From NCBI RefSeq assembly GCF_030028105.1, contig NC_092370.1, positions 70,110,098-70,174,097 on the forward strand: 64,000 bases of DNA, in the 5' to 3' direction. A model generated the notes under the pieces. It worked only from the letters and a program-made list of their open reading frames with translations. It did no database searches and was not told the DNA's origin. The DNA is from Mobula birostris (taxonomy: Eukaryota). The position numbers were made by a program, and so were the translations under genes. Shown here piece by piece: positions 62,358-64,000 of this stretch; position 1 is the first letter of the stretch; each line of letters starts with the position of its first letter.

Positions 62358-62375
62358 AGAACGCGGGGTTTAGAA

Positions 62376-62552
62376 ATGGCCGATATCCTGGTACTACGAG
62401 CGGTTCGAGGGAACGCGAGGAATCTAGATCTAAGCGGCAAGAAGTTGAAACGGGCTCCAAAGGCGGTGGGAAGGTTGCAAGAATTGAAACGATTGCAACT
62501 GAGAAATAACCTCCTCACCGAGCTCCCGGAGGAATTCCAGACACTTCACAAG
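62376..62552 (+). CDS. LRRC69: Leucine-rich repeat protein, first coding exon (probable LRRC69)
   Basis: MADILVLRAVRGNARNLDLSGKKLKRAPKAVGRLQELKRLQLRNNLLTELPEEFQTLHK then AG|gtaaag. Contains LxxLxLxxNxL LRR motifs in a CpG-rich context. Position directly downstream of OTUD6B matches human LRRC69. Confidence 0.78.
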
Positions 62553-63096
62553 GTAAAGGGAAGGAGTTGGGGTCGTACCCGAAACGGAGCCGGAGCCAGA
62601 GCCAGAACCAGAACCGGAACCTGTTTGTTCTTCGGACCTAAATCATGCTCTCTTTGACATGAACTCCACCCGCCAGCCCACCTCGTACCTGAGCCCCGTA
62701 CAGCGCCAGACGGAAACCCTGCCCATTCCTCTGAACGTTAGCCGCGTTTAATTAAACATTGCACGTGATTTTTCCCCTTTATTCAGCCTAGTAGTTTGGG
62801 AAGAGTTAGTTTGTAGCCTATGGCTGCAAAACTGGGGAGGAATGGGGGGTTGAGATTGAAGGAGGAGGGTGGGAGACTGTGGAAAACTCCAGAAGTAAGG
62901 GTAACCAAAAAGGGGTGCATCAAGTGAAAGACCCGATGTAAAGGGGGACAATAAATTGAGGAAAATAGGTGACATGGAGAAATTTATAGTTCTGTATAAA
63001 ATTACAGGTCAGAAAGAAGGGGAAGGAGGATTTAGAACCCTTAATCCTTTGAAAGTGGCAGCAGCATTAGAGAACCAAAAAGGTAAAGGATTCCAG

Positions 63097-64000
63097 ACAA
63101 CAGGAATTCTGCAGATGCTGGAAATTAAAGCAACACACATCAAAGTTGCTGGTGAACGCAGCAGGCCAGGCAGCATCTCTAAGAAGAGGTACAGTCGACG
63201 TTTCAGGCCGAGACCCTTCATCAGGACTAACTGAAGGAAGAGTGAGTAAGGGATTTGAAAGTGGGAGGGGGAGGGGGAGATCCAAAATGATAGGAGAAGA
63301 CAGGAGGGGGAGGGATGGAGCCAAGAGCTGGACAGGTGATAGGCAAAAGGGATACAAGAGGATCATGGGACAGGAGGTCCGGGAAGAAAGATGGGGGGGG
63401 GGAACCCAGAGGATGGGCAAGGGGTATATTCAGAGGGACAGAGGGAGAAAAAGGAGAGTGAGAGAAAGAATGTGTGTATAAAAATAAGTAACGGATGGGG
63501 TACGAGGGGGAGGTGGGGCATTAGCGGAAGTTAGAGAAATCGATGTTCATGCCATCAGGTTGGAGGCTACCCAGACGGAATATAAGGTGTTGTTCCTCCA
63601 ACCTGAGTGTGGCTTCATCTTTACAGTAGAGGAGGCCGTGGATAGACATGTCAGAATGGGAATGGGATGTGGAATTAAAATGTGTGGCCACTGGGAGATC
63701 CTGCTTTCTCTGGCGGACAGAGCGTAGGTATCCAGCAAAGTGGTCTCCCAGTCTGTTTCGGGTCTCGCCAATATATAAAAGGCCACATCGGGAGCACCGG
63801 ACGCAGTATATCACCCCAGCCGACTCATAAGTGAAGTGTTGTCTCACCTGGAAGGACTGTTTGGGGCCCTGAATGGTGGTAAGGGAGGAAGTGTAAGGGC
63901 ATGTGTAGCACTTGTTCCGCTTACATGGATAAGTGCCAGGAGGGAGATTAGTGGGGAGGGATGGGGGGGACGAATGCCACCTCCAACGGGATCCCACCAC
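63097..64000 (-). mobile_element. PLE GIY-YIG endonuclease plus pLTR (inverted), switching to forward PLE sequence at 63976; cut by the window edge
   Basis: ORF 63521-64000 has [14 protein letters not shown]...LYIGET and an intact EN C-terminus. 63976-64000 matches plus-strand PLE sequence at ~38813. Confidence 0.85.
63193..63228 (-). ncRNA. Minimal type I hammerhead ribozyme motif
   Basis: Minus strand reads AGTC-CTGATGA-AGGGTCTCGGCCT-GAAAC-GTC-GACT. Confidence 0.75.

Noticed and set aside
62250-62657. 135-aa track ORF as a single-exon gene
   Set aside because: Only 62376-62552 is LRR-like; the rest is 5' UTR and intron read-through, including a hexamer repeat at 62586-62621.

Overview
Eukaryotic, repeat-dense vertebrate DNA. 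The repeat families (HE1-like SINEs, CR1, Rex1/Babar, Neptune-type Penelope) suggest a cartilaginous fish such as a ray or shark; this is an inference. Three host genes lie in the order and orientation known from human 8q21.3. PIP4P2/TMEM55A coding exon 1 is on the minus strand (14997-15105). A complete 7-exon OTUD6B deubiquitinase gene is on the plus strand (22483-54181; 885 nt, 294 aa, all introns GT-AG). A probable LRRC69 exon 1 is on the plus strand (62376-62552). Most of the rest is nested transposable elements: an internally deleted BEL/Pao LTR element, several Penelope-like elements (PLEs) with minimal hammerhead ribozymes and tandem or inverted pLTRs, a Tc1 (DD34E) transposon, a MER2/Tigger-like composite, and many CR1, Rex1 and SINE fragments. 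There is also a ~95-bp C-rich minisatellite and a 2-kb purine-rich tract. The long Pro/His/Gly-rich ORFs in the track are artefacts of those tracts. I see no new multi-gene system. The most notable items are the PLE hammerhead and inversion architecture, a fold-back SINE, a MER2-like sequence that appears very close to the human element, and a LINE tail that probably supplies the branch point of OTUD6B exon 3.
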